This document shows positions 1 to 9,178 of a DNA stretch of 64,000 nt, in pieces. The stretch's first letter is position 1; each line of letters begins with the position of its first letter. The stretch lies in the NCBI GenBank assembly GCA_965223845.1, contig CBDCXR010000004.1, positions 4,800,001 through 4,864,000 on the forward strand, read 5' to 3'. Origin of the DNA: Planctomycetota bacterium (GTDB lineage: Bacteria; Planctomycetota; UBA8108; SXIK01). The position numbers were made by a program, and so were the translations under genes. The notes below the pieces were generated by a model. The model ran no database searches. It was not told where the DNA came from and saw only the letters and a list, made by a program, of their open reading frames with translations.

Positions 1-246
<246 letters not shown>

Positions 247-448
247 GGCTCGAGCGCCGACCGCGACTCGCGAATCCGCCGATCCGAGAGCTGGGATCAC
301 GGTGCACGCGAAGCAAAAGCTCGGCAAACGGCGTGCCCAGCGCGCGGCGGATTCTCGCCGGCGCGGGTGGTCGCCGAGACGAGCGCGTGGAAGACTTCGA
401 ACGGAACTCTTACGGTCCGCCGTTCGTCTGCCGCCGGAGACTCAGGTC

Positions 449-1201
449 ATGCTCAGGTCGTCACCCGCCCTCATTCTCACCGGAATCGTGTTTCTCGCCG
501 CCGACCTTCGCGCCGACGACGTTCGCGCCAGCGTCGAGGTAGGAGTCAGCTCCGGACACAGCGAATTCCATCTCGCCCTCGCGAAGCACTATGAGGTCGA
601 TCGCGCCGTCGTCGTTCGAGTTCGCGAGCGGGGGATTCCCGACGACCACGTACCGGTCGCGCTATTTATCGCGAAGCGCGCGCGCGTCCAGCCGAGTGCC
701 GTCGTCGCCCTTCGGCTCGAGGGTCGTTCGTGGTTCGAAATCTCGACGCACTTCGGTCTCTCCGCGAGTCTGTTTCACGTCCACGTCGAGCGGGACTACG
801 GTCCCCCCTACGGAAACGCGTTCGGACACTTTCGCAACCGGAAGCGCAGCGAGTGGCGGACCATCCGCCTCAGCGACAGTGATCTGGTGAGCCTCGTCAA
901 CGTGAGGTTCCTCTCGATTCGCTACGGCCGCACGCCGGACGAAGTCGTTCAGCTACACGCCGAGAAGGGAGGCATCGTCTCGCTCCACGGGCGCGTCAAG
1001 GCGAGGAAGAAGCTCGTCCGGGACGGAGGTGGCGTAGTCCACGCGAAGACGAACAAGACGCGCGCCAAGGCGAAGACGAGGACCGAGAAGAGAGTGGACG
1101 CGAAGCGCACGGCGCGCGAACGGACGTCTCGTTCGAAGTCGTTCGAAGGGGCCAAGCGCAAGTCCGCCAAGAGCGGCGGCCGGGGACGAGGAAAGAAATA
1201 G
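449..1201 (+). CDS. Putative exported hypothetical protein with a Lys/Arg-rich C-terminal tail
   Basis: ATG at 449 in frame with ORF 302..1201, preceded by GGAG; hydrophobic N-terminus ALILTGIVFLAA; GPPYGNAFGHF motif; very basic last ~70 aa. Confidence 0.7.
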   Translation: MLRSSPALILTGIVFLAADLRADDVRASVEVGVSSGHSEFHLALAKHYEVDRAVVVRVRERGIPDDHVPVALFIAKRARVQPSAVVALRLEGRSWFEISTHFGLSASLFHVHVERDYGPPYGNAFGHFRNRKRSEWRTIRLSDSDLVSLVNVRFLSIRYGRTPDEVVQLHAEKGGIVSLHGRVKARKKLVRDGGGVVHAKTNKTRAKAKTRTEKRVDAKRTARERTSRSKSFEGAKRKSAKSGGRGRGKK

Positions 1202-1233
1202 AACGAGGACTCGGCCGGCCGCGCGCTCGTCCG

Positions 1234-2796
1234 CTAGCGGATGCGGATGACGAGATCTCCCGTCGCTCCGCCGTCCGTAGACGGGGCGCCGCCATCGTCG
1301 CCTCCATCTTCACCGACGCTGTAGATCGCGAGAACGTCGCTCTCCGCGACGACCCTGATCGGGGCGCCGTCGTGCGGATCGATCGGCGCGTCGGGAAAAC
1401 GGCCCGGAACGAGATCGGCAAGACTCGCAGGAAGACGTCCGTTCTTCGCACGAAACCGAAGCGCGGCCCAAGCGACCCGCTCGACGGCGCGCCACGCGTC
1501 TGCGCGAGCGGCCATCGCGGTCACGACCGGGAGCGCCTGAAGACATCCGCGTCCGAGCACTCCGCGGTCGGCGAGCTCGGCGGCGAGTGCCGTCTCGTCG
1601 AGCGGTTCGAGCTCGTAGTACGGACGCGCAAGACGCGTTCGTAGTCGCGCCATTCCCGTGCGCAGGGCGTCGAGCTCGAAGGGAACGAGAAAGAGCCGCG
1701 ACCCCAGTTTTTGCATCGGCTCGAGTGCGAGAAAACCTTCCGTGAGGAGAGCTTCCTCCATGCGAAGGCAGTCGGGGATCCGGTTGAGGAACGTGTCCGG
1801 CGGCGCGACTCGAGTCGGAGGAATCTCCGCGTACGGATCGAGTCGCGCGAGATCATCGATGACGACCGAGACGAGCTGAGCGCGTTCCTCGACCATTCCG
1901 CCGGCGGCGAGGAGCGCGATCACGAGCGGTTCGGCGAGAACGTGTGCGATGAGGCGCTCCATCTGTGCGAGCGTGCGAAGCGCATCCGGCGCTCGGTTCG
2001 CCGCGACGTCGGCGCGGACCTGAAGCGCCAGCAGAGTCGCGGCCTCGCGCATCCAGTAGAGCTCCTCGTAGTGCTGCGCATGGACGAGCGTTCGGTAGTC
2101 GAGACCGAACCGACACTCCGGCAGCTCGGCACCGCGGCGAATCGCGGCGAGCGCCTCGGTCGAAGCGGCGAGAAACTCCGGCACCCGCGGGTCGGAAGCG
2201 TCGAACTCCGCGTCGCGGACGCGCGCGATCCACTTCGGAACCGGACCCGCCGCCGCTAGCAGAGCGAACGCGCGACGGTAGTGCGGTGCAGCGTCGCGGT
2301 TCTCTTCGGCTTTCGGCGCGAGCACGGACACGACGCTCGCGACACCGGCGAGCGCTTCGGAGTTGCGCCGCTTCGTTTCGGCATCGAGCGAGCTCAGCGC
2401 GGCGAACTGGAGACCGCAGAAGAGGAACGCGAGGACGAACAGCATCACCGTTCGCCACCGCCGACTCCGCGGGGGCTGCGGGCCGCAGGCATCGAGATCC
2501 GCGGGGCGCTCGCGCTGAAGGCCGCACGCCATGAGCGCCGTCACCGAGACGAGAAATGCGGTGAGCCAAGAGAGCGAGAAGTAGAGGAGCTGGTCGTGAC
2601 CGCTCTCCGCGTGATAGTGCACACCCGCGGCGACCCCCACCCCACCGAGCGCGCCGATGAGAGTCGCGACGATCACGGGACCGGTGATTTGGTGCGAGCG
2701 CTTCTCGAGCTTTCCGGCATGAGCGAGCGAGGCCGCGGCGAGAAAGAGCGCGCCCGCGAGTGCCGCGAGCCAAAGCGTCGCGTAGTGAATCGTCAT
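1234..2796 (-). CDS. Membrane protein: about 4 N-terminal TM helices, helical domain, C-terminal GspG-like motif
   Basis: Start moved to MTIHY (2796); hydrophobic segments in the first ~135 aa; C-terminal GRLPASLADLVP..PIDP..YSVGEDGGDDGG resembles the pseudopilin GspG C-terminal motif common in planctomycete proteins. Confidence 0.7.
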   Translation of the reverse strand: MTIHYATLWLAALAGALFLAAASLAHAGKLEKRSHQITGPVIVATLIGALGGVGVAAGVHYHAESGHDQLLYFSLSWLTAFLVSVTALMACGLQRERPADLDACGPQPPRSRRWRTVMLFVLAFLFCGLQFAALSSLDAETKRRNSEALAGVASVVSVLAPKAEENRDAAPHYRRAFALLAAAGPVPKWIARVRDAEFDASDPRVPEFLAASTEALAAIRRGAELPECRFGLDYRTLVHAQHYEELYWMREAATLLALQVRADVAANRAPDALRTLAQMERLIAHVLAEPLVIALLAAGGMVEERAQLVSVVIDDLARLDPYAEIPPTRVAPPDTFLNRIPDCLRMEEALLTEGFLALEPMQKLGSRLFLVPFELDALRTGMARLRTRLARPYYELEPLDETALAAELADRGVLGRGCLQALPVVTAMAARADAWRAVERVAWAALRFRAKNGRLPASLADLVPGRFPDAPIDPHDGAPIRVVAESDVLAIYSVGEDGGDDGGAPSTDGGATGDLVIRIR

Positions 2797-3257
2797 CGTC
2801 CCGTCTCCGAGTGAGAGCGGCTCCTCAGCTCTCGGCCGCGAGGACGCGTGATCCGAGCGCACGAGAGAATCTCTCTCCCTTCTTCGGCCACGAAGGGTCC
2901 GAGAATCCACCTCGCGGCTAGAGATTGATCACGATGCAGCGAGGACGTACGCACGGGGGTCGCGGAGGACGGACCCGCGGTCCGGTCGTCGAGACGAAGT
3001 CGATCACGCTGCCCGCCTCACCGCTGAGACCGGCCGAAACTCGAGCTCGGCCCGCGGGTACCCTCCCGAGGGCGCGATTCTCGATTGTTCGGCTCCGCAC
3101 CGCGGAGATAGACTGGCCGATAACGAATTGTGAGTTGGGTCCAGCCGACCTGCGCCGCGCACGGGTCGCCAGCGGCACGGTTGCGCTGCTTTCATCGAAC
3201 GGGTTCAGCCTCGGTATCGGAGCCTGTTCCGGTCAATTCGATTGAGAGGGTGCTCGC

Positions 3258-6200
3258 ATGGTCACCACGCATCGATGCGTCTCGACCGCGTTCGCGGCGA
3301 TGCTCGTTTTCGGTTTCGGATTCCCGCCCAGCGCATCGGCGCAGGACTTGGGCGGTTGGCTCGAGCCGGAGGGCGGCTGGGATTACGTGTATCACGCCTT
3401 CGAAGAGGAAGATCGCGACGGGGAGTTTCTCCTCGACGGCGAAGACTCCCTCGACGGCACCTGGACTCACAACAATGGATCGGACGCGTGGGACGGAAGC
3501 GGACCCGGCGATGAATTCCGTCCTGACGAAGTGACGGATGCCGCCCCCGGCGGCGCGGGAATCGTGATCTACGAAGGTCTCGGCGAAGATGGCGGCGATG
3601 CCGAAGTGCTCAGCATCGTCGACACCGGCGACCCTCGGAGCCGAGGGTTTTCGGATCCCTCGAACCGAAAGGTCCACCTCTGCCACGAAACGCTCATCCA
3701 CGAGGGAGTCGACACCGACGGCGCGATGCAGTCGGGGATCACGCTCATCGTACGCAGTCGTCTCCATCCCGACGTCGATCCGGACACGCCGGGATGGCAG
3801 CTTCCCGACGGCGGAGTCGACGACGACGCCGGCCAGGGCGCTGCTCCGGGCTACGCGCTCCGCGACGGAGGGAAGGGCGGTCACGGATTTCGCGACGGCG
3901 GCGTCGGACGCATCTTCTCGTTCAGCCCGTTCGGAACGGAGGGCTACCAGTTTCCTCCCGAGATCCCTGCGGGTACGACGCCCGACAATTTCGTGAACGT
4001 CGGGGACAACTCGGTGTTTCACAGCTTCTGGGTCACGATCAGCGATGACGACGAGAACAATCGCTACGAAATCACCGTTTATGTCGACGGTTCGATCGAC
4101 CCGGCCGCCGTGTACGAGAACGTCAATCTCGGCACGGGCTCCGACTGCAACGGAAGCTACCTCCACATGGGCTTCCACTCGACGCCGCAGGTCGGCGGAC
4201 TCGAGGTCGACTACATCGGCTACCGGGAGGGACTCCACGTGCCGAACTCGGTTTGTCCCGGTGGATTCGGCGCCGCGTTTGATTCCGAGTCCGGAAACGT
4301 GGAGCTCAGTTGGTCGCAAGGAGCGGTGGACAGCTACACCGTCCTCCGGGACGACACGCCCATCGCCGAAGGGCTTCCGGCTGGGACGACCACGTTCACC
4401 GACACGTCGCCGGCGAGACCGAACGCGACCTATCAGCTCGTAGCGATCGAGGACGGTACGGCGAAAGCCGGCTGCCCGAGACCTAGGGTGACCGTGTCAA
4501 CGGTGGTTTGTCCGACCCTCGCGTGCTCGACGGATCGCGCCGCGGGCTCGGTGACGCTCGACTGGACCCTGCCGCAGTTTGTCACGCCGACCGGTTTTCG
4601 CATCCTTCGCGACGGCGCTGAGGTCGGGAACGTCGCCGGCGACGTACTCACGTTCACCGACAATCCGGATCCCGGCGAGTACACCTACGAGATCGAGACG
4701 CTGGCCGAGGGAGGTGCGGCGTGCGAAACGAACGCATTCTGCATCGCTCGCCTCTTCGGTGCGGGCACCGTCGAAGTCATCGGTGACGACTGGGACACGA
4801 CCAGCGCGTCCGGCGCGAGCGAGATCGTCACGACATCGGATGGAGTGAAGGGCGCATGGTTCCCGGCGGCGCCGAAGACCGAGTCCGACTCCGTCTCCTT
4901 CGCCGTCAACGTCGCGGATCTGGGAAGCGGCGAGATCGAAGAGGGAAGATTCCGCGTCGAGGTTCGCGCTCGCTACGACAATCCGGTGCGCATCGTCAAC
5001 CGGACGAACGAGTCCTTCCTAGAGTTCAACCTCGCGCGAACGGGCGTCAGCAGCGCCAATGACGACCGGGGGGAAGCGGAAGACGGTCTCGAGCAGGTGC
5101 CGAATCCGCCCGCCGATCCGACGCTCGACAGTGCCGCCTCGACGATCGTCAACTCGGACAACACCGGCCTCGCGCTCGAAGAGGGTCTCAATCTGATCGA
5201 GATCGTCGCTCCTCACGATGATCCCATGCAGATCTTCGAGCTCCGCATCGGGCTCTTCTCGAACCTCGACGCGACGATCGCGGCAAATCCTTGTCCGGCG
5301 GGACTCGTGTGCGAGCGCCAGCCCGACGGTTCGATGCTTCTCACGTGGAACGCGGGCGAGCCGCACGCCTACGAGATCGTCCGCGACGGAGACACGATCG
5401 CCGAGATCCCGATGGGCGACCAAACGAGCTTCACCGATACCGATGTCGATCGCGGGTTCTTTACCTACACGCTGCGCGCGACCGACGACGCCGACTGCCC
5501 CGCCATCGAGTGCACGGGCGGAGGCGGCGTGCCGAATCCCGACGGTTTCATCACCGAGTGGCTGATCTTCGGCCCCCTGAATTGGGGCTGCGTCACCGGC
5601 GGGTTCGAGCAGTGCAACGCACCCGGCGAAGATCGCATCTCCGAGGATCATCTCGCCGGGACCGTCGGCGGGGAGGCGGTCGATGAGGTCACGATCGAGC
5701 CGATCGCCGGCATGGAGATCCAGCTCGAGAGCTCGATGGTCCTCGCAACTGCCCGCGCCGACATAAATCCGAACGGTCCCGGCGCCGGTCAGTGGTTCCC
5801 GTACAAGGCCGCGAACTCGACGATCGACTACAACGTCGTCTTCGGCGGGAGTCCCGGAGACGATCACATGGTGTACGCGGTGACGTACATCAACAACAAC
5901 CTCGGCGACGTCGAGCTCGATCTCGGTGTATCGAGCGACGATTCGGTCCAGGTCCTCATCAACGAGGACGTCGTCTGGACGAACAATGTGGCGCGCGGGT
6001 TCGGTGGAGACGGTGAAGTCCAGGACTTCGTCCCGAACGTCTCCCTCCAGGAAGGCCTCAATCGCGTCATGGTGAAGGTCTTTCAGGGCAACGGCGGCGT
6101 CGGATTCCGCCTCCGCTTCGAAGAGGCCGGCGTCCCGATCACCGAAGATCTGGAGATCGATCTCACCCCGGGAGGTCCGCCGACTGACGAAATCCGTCGC

Positions 6201-6473
6201 GGCGACACCAACACCGACGGCAGCGTCAACATCGCCGACATGATCTTCATGCTGAACGGGCTCTTCGGCGACGGCGGCCCGCCGTCGTGTCTCGAGACGG
6301 CCGACCTGAACGGCGATGCCAGCTACAACATCGCGGACGCGATCTTCGGCCTCAACCGTCTCTTCGGCGATGGCCCGCCACCCGTCGGTGGCGCCGGACC
6401 CGAGGGCACGGACTGCGGCGCGGATCCGAGTCCGGCGAATTCGCTCGGGTGCGATTCGTACGACAAGTGTTGA
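3258..6473 (+). CDS. Large acidic secreted multidomain protein (FN3-like repeats, PA14-like domain, C-terminal dockerin-like domain)
   Basis: Signal peptide ending ASA-Q; three W..Y/F-x-I/V-x-RD..T-x-F-TD units; SSDDSVQVLINE..LQEGLNRVMVKV PA14-like segment; RRGDTNTDGSVNIAD..ADLNGDASYNIAD EF-hand pair; GAGAGG upstream. Confidence 0.85.
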   Translation: MVTTHRCVSTAFAAMLVFGFGFPPSASAQDLGGWLEPEGGWDYVYHAFEEEDRDGEFLLDGEDSLDGTWTHNNGSDAWDGSGPGDEFRPDEVTDAAPGGAGIVIYEGLGEDGGDAEVLSIVDTGDPRSRGFSDPSNRKVHLCHETLIHEGVDTDGAMQSGITLIVRSRLHPDVDPDTPGWQLPDGGVDDDAGQGAAPGYALRDGGKGGHGFRDGGVGRIFSFSPFGTEGYQFPPEIPAGTTPDNFVNVGDNSVFHSFWVTISDDDENNRYEITVYVDGSIDPAAVYENVNLGTGSDCNGSYLHMGFHSTPQVGGLEVDYIGYREGLHVPNSVCPGGFGAAFDSESGNVELSWSQGAVDSYTVLRDDTPIAEGLPAGTTTFTDTSPARPNATYQLVAIEDGTAKAGCPRPRVTVSTVVCPTLACSTDRAAGSVTLDWTLPQFVTPTGFRILRDGAEVGNVAGDVLTFTDNPDPGEYTYEIETLAEGGAACETNAFCIARLFGAGTVEVIGDDWDTTSASGASEIVTTSDGVKGAWFPAAPKTESDSVSFAVNVADLGSGEIEEGRFRVEVRARYDNPVRIVNRTNESFLEFNLARTGVSSANDDRGEAEDGLEQVPNPPADPTLDSAASTIVNSDNTGLALEEGLNLIEIVAPHDDPMQIFELRIGLFSNLDATIAANPCPAGLVCERQPDGSMLLTWNAGEPHAYEIVRDGDTIAEIPMGDQTSFTDTDVDRGFFTYTLRATDDADCPAIECTGGGGVPNPDGFITEWLIFGPLNWGCVTGGFEQCNAPGEDRISEDHLAGTVGGEAVDEVTIEPIAGMEIQLESSMVLATARADINPNGPGAGQWFPYKAANSTIDYNVVFGGSPGDDHMVYAVTYINNNLGDVELDLGVSSDDSVQVLINEDVVWTNNVARGFGGDGEVQDFVPNVSLQEGLNRVMVKVFQGNGGVGFRLRFEEAGVPITEDLEIDLTPGGPPTDEIRRGDTNTDGSVNIADMIFMLNGLFGDGGPPSCLETADLNGDASYNIADAIFGLNRLFGDGPPPVGGAGPEGTDCGADPSPANSLGCDSYDKC

Positions 6474-6493
6474 GCGGCCGACGCTCGGAGTAG

Positions 6494-6540
6494 AGCGCGG
6501 CAGCTCGGCGGCGACGTCGAGCTGCCGCGCTTATTTTTTT
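6494..6540 (+). terminator. Intrinsic terminator after the 3258..6473 gene
   Basis: Stem AGCGCGGCAGCTCGGCG / CGTCGAGCTGCCGCGCT (one G-U pair) with GCGA loop, followed by TATTTTTTT. Confidence 0.9.
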
Positions 6541-6593
6541 GCCGAAGCAGCGCTGACGGTTCGCACTCCGTCTGCCGTCCTTTTCCCCGCGGA

Positions 6594-6626
6594 CTTCGCG
6601 TTCTTCGTGTTCCGTGCGTTCGTGGT
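6594..6626 (-). repeat. Lone arm of the periodic CGAAG repeat family
   Basis: Minus strand reads ACCACGAA-CG-CACGGAA-CACGAAG-AA-CGCGAAG, sharing the CACGAAG and CGCGAAG units of the elements at 7441 and 59250. Confidence 0.5.
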
Positions 6627-6637
6627 ACAAGAGCCGC

Positions 6638-7435
6638 ATGAACGAAGAACACTCTCCGAAATCGGTCGACGACTCCCGCTGGGGCAAAGCAACGCGATCC
6701 ATCGACGAAGGGCGCCTCCTTCAAGGACCCGAGAGCCGGGGAAAAGAATTTCGCCGGCTCATGCGGATCGTCGGTGAGTTCGTGCGCGGCTTTCGCGCAT
6801 TCCACTTCATCGGCCCCTGCGTGACGACGTTCGGATCGGCACGCTTCGACGAGGGACATCGCTACTACGAGCTCTCGCGCAGCGTCGGCTCCGAGCTCGC
6901 AAAGGCGGGCTTCGCGGTGCTCACGGGCGGCGGTCCCGGCACCATGGAGGCCGCGAATCGCGGCGCGAAGGAAGCGGGGGGACTTTCGCTCGGGTGCAAC
7001 ATCGAGCTCCCCCACGAGCAGGCGCACAATCCCTACCTAGACGAGTGGGTCGAGTTCCGGTACTTCTTCGTGCGAAAGGTCATGCTAGTCAAATACTCGC
7101 AGGCGTTCGTCGTCCTTCCCGGAGGATTCGGCACGCTCGACGAGATCTTCGAGACCGCCACGCTGATTCAGACGGGAAAGATCCACGATTTCCCGCTTGT
7201 TCTCATGGGACTCGACTACTGGGCGCCGCTGCTCGAGTTCCTCCGCGGAACGATGCTCACCGAGCGGACGATCTCACCTGAGGACGTCGATCGTCTGATC
7301 CTCACCGACGATCCCGCCGAAGCGGCGGAGCGCATCCGCGAGACGGTCGAGAGCCGCTTCGGGCTCATACCGAGGCCGCTCAAGCCGCGCTGGATCCTCG
7401 GCGAGAAGAAGCGCCGGCGCTCGCACACGGGCTAA
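6638..7435 (+). CDS. LOG family (TIGR00730) nucleotide phosphoribohydrolase
   Basis: FGSAR, TGGGPGTMEAANRGA, YFFVRKVML and PGGFGTLDE signature motifs. Confidence 0.95.
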   Translation: MNEEHSPKSVDDSRWGKATRSIDEGRLLQGPESRGKEFRRLMRIVGEFVRGFRAFHFIGPCVTTFGSARFDEGHRYYELSRSVGSELAKAGFAVLTGGGPGTMEAANRGAKEAGGLSLGCNIELPHEQAHNPYLDEWVEFRYFFVRKVMLVKYSQAFVVLPGGFGTLDEIFETATLIQTGKIHDFPLVLMGLDYWAPLLEFLRGTMLTERTISPEDVDRLILTDDPAEAAERIRETVESRFGLIPRPLKPRWILGEKKRRRSHTG

Positions 7436-7440
7436 GAGGA

Positions 7441-7648
7441 AGAGTTTTCACACGAAGGGTTAGGGAAGAGCGCGAAGCAAGACGGAAGAGGATGGAGAGT
7501 TGGAGGCTACGGGCTAGGCGGAATCGCGAGTTCGGCTGCGCATGTGCGTAGCTGCCATGCGAGAATCCTCCGACTCGATTTGCTCCCGTATTGACTCTTC
7601 CTTCGTCTTTCCTTCGCGCTCTTCCCTAACCCTTCGTGTGAAAACTCT
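7441..7648. repeat. MITE/REPIN-like element with perfect 37-bp inverted arms
   Basis: 7441-7477 AGAGTTTTCACACGAAGGGTTAGGGAAGAGCGCGAAG is the exact reverse complement of 7612-7648; 134-bp spacer; lies between convergent genes. Confidence 0.9.
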
Positions 7649-7693
7649 CTAGAGCTCGCAAAACGCCGCAACGACCTCCGATGCGCGCTCCGT

Positions 7694-9178
7694 CTATCCC
7701 ACGATCGGATGGATCACCTCACCCGCGACGTCCGTGAGCCGAAACTTGCGCCCGTTGTAGGTGTAAGTGAGTTGCGTGTGGTCGATTCCGAGAAGGTGCA
7801 GGATCGTCGCGTGGAGATCGTTCACTGTGACCTTGTCGACCGCGGCCTTGAATCCGATTTCGTCGGTCTCGCCGTAACTCACCCCACCGCGGACGCCGCC
7901 GCCCGCCATCCACGTCGTGAACGCGTGAGGATTGTGATCGCGTCCCGGCTTCGCTCCCTTCTGCGCAATCGGTAGGCGTCCGAACTCGCCGCCCCAAACG
8001 ACCAGCGTCTCGTCGAGGAGGCCGCGCGATTCGAGGTCGCTGAGAAGGGCCGCGATCGGCCGATCGGTTTCCGCCGCGAATCCGCTGTGATTGCCGCGGA
8101 TATCTTGGTGGCCGTCCCAGCTCCGCTGGTTCTCCATCCCGCCCGAGTAGATCTGAACGAAACGAACGCCGCGCTCGACGAGTCGGCGCGCCGTGAGGCA
8201 TTGGCGCGCGAAGTGCGCGGTCGGTTTCTCGTCGAGCCCGTAGAGTTTCTTCGTCGCCGGCGACTCGCGATCGACGTCGAGTGCTTCGGGTGCAGCCACC
8301 TGCATGCGGTACGCGAGCTCGAAGCTCTCGATGCGCGCGGCCAGCTCACGCTCGAGCGGATCGTTCACGGGCGCGTCCTCCGTCCCGCTGAGCCCGGCGA
8401 GCAAATCGAGCTGCGCTCGCTGCTGACGGTCCGTGAGTTCGCGGCGACGGACGAGGTTGTCGATCGGCAGCCCCCTCGGACGGAGATGCGTTCCCTGATA
8501 CACGCTCGGCAGGAAGCCCGCGCCCCAGTTGAGCGCGTGTCCCTTCGGAAGCCCGCGCCCGAGTGGATCACTCATGACGATGAACGCCGGGAGATTTCGA
8601 TTCTCGCTGCCGAGACCGTAGGTGACCCACGAGCCTACGCAGGGAAAACCCATTCGAGTCATCCCTGTCTGCATCATGAAGAGCGCGGGACTGTGGTTGT
8701 TCGACTCGGTGTGCCCCGAGTGGATGAACGCCATCTTGTCGACGTGATGAGCGAGGCGGGGAAATATGCTCGAGACGTACTTTCCGCATTCGCCGTGGGG
8801 GCGGAATTCGAACGGCGACTTCATAAGGGGCCCCACCGCACCCGAGAAGAAGCCGGTGAACTTGTCGAAGCCCTTCAGCTCGACCCCGTTCTTTCGCTCG
8901 AGTTCAGGCTTGTAATCCCAGGTGTCGACCTGACTCGGACCGCCGTTGATGAAGAGCCAGATCACCGCCCGCGCACCCGCACGCGAGGGAGCCGCGCGCG
9001 GAGCGAGCGGATCGAGCGGGCCCGACTTCGACCGACCCGTGCGCGGTGCTCCGAGGAGACCTTCGTCCCCGAGAAGTCCGGCGAGACCGAGAAGACCGGC
9101 GCCGCTGCCGGCGCGCGCGAGCAGCTCTCGGCGAGTCCAGCCGGCGGAGCCAGGTCGATGCAGGGGATCAGCGGACAT
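7694..9178 (-). CDS. DUF1501 domain protein (Tat-like signal)
   Basis: TRRELL signal; IWLFINGGPSQVDTWDYKP, GSWVTYGLGSEN, ARRLVERGVRFVQ, WDGH, GEFGR, GRDH, DLHATILHLLG. Confidence 0.95.
   Translation of the reverse strand: MSADPLHRPGSAGWTRRELLARAGSGAGLLGLAGLLGDEGLLGAPRTGRSKSGPLDPLAPRAAPSRAGARAVIWLFINGGPSQVDTWDYKPELERKNGVELKGFDKFTGFFSGAVGPLMKSPFEFRPHGECGKYVSSIFPRLAHHVDKMAFIHSGHTESNNHSPALFMMQTGMTRMGFPCVGSWVTYGLGSENRNLPAFIVMSDPLGRGLPKGHALNWGAGFLPSVYQGTHLRPRGLPIDNLVRRRELTDRQQRAQLDLLAGLSGTEDAPVNDPLERELAARIESFELAYRMQVAAPEALDVDRESPATKKLYGLDEKPTAHFARQCLTARRLVERGVRFVQIYSGGMENQRSWDGHQDIRGNHSGFAAETDRPIAALLSDLESRGLLDETLVVWGGEFGRLPIAQKGAKPGRDHNPHAFTTWMAGGGVRGGVSYGETDEIGFKAAVDKVTVNDLHATILHLLGIDHTQLTYTYNGRKFRLTDVAGEVIHPIVG

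Noticed and set aside
3174-3190. Sigma54-like CGGCACGGTTGC upstream of the 3258 gene
   Set aside because: GG to GC spacing does not fit the required -24/-12 geometry
7441-7648. Possible CRISPR mini-array
   Set aside because: Repeats are inverted rather than direct, only two per locus, spacer too long, and no cas genes in the window
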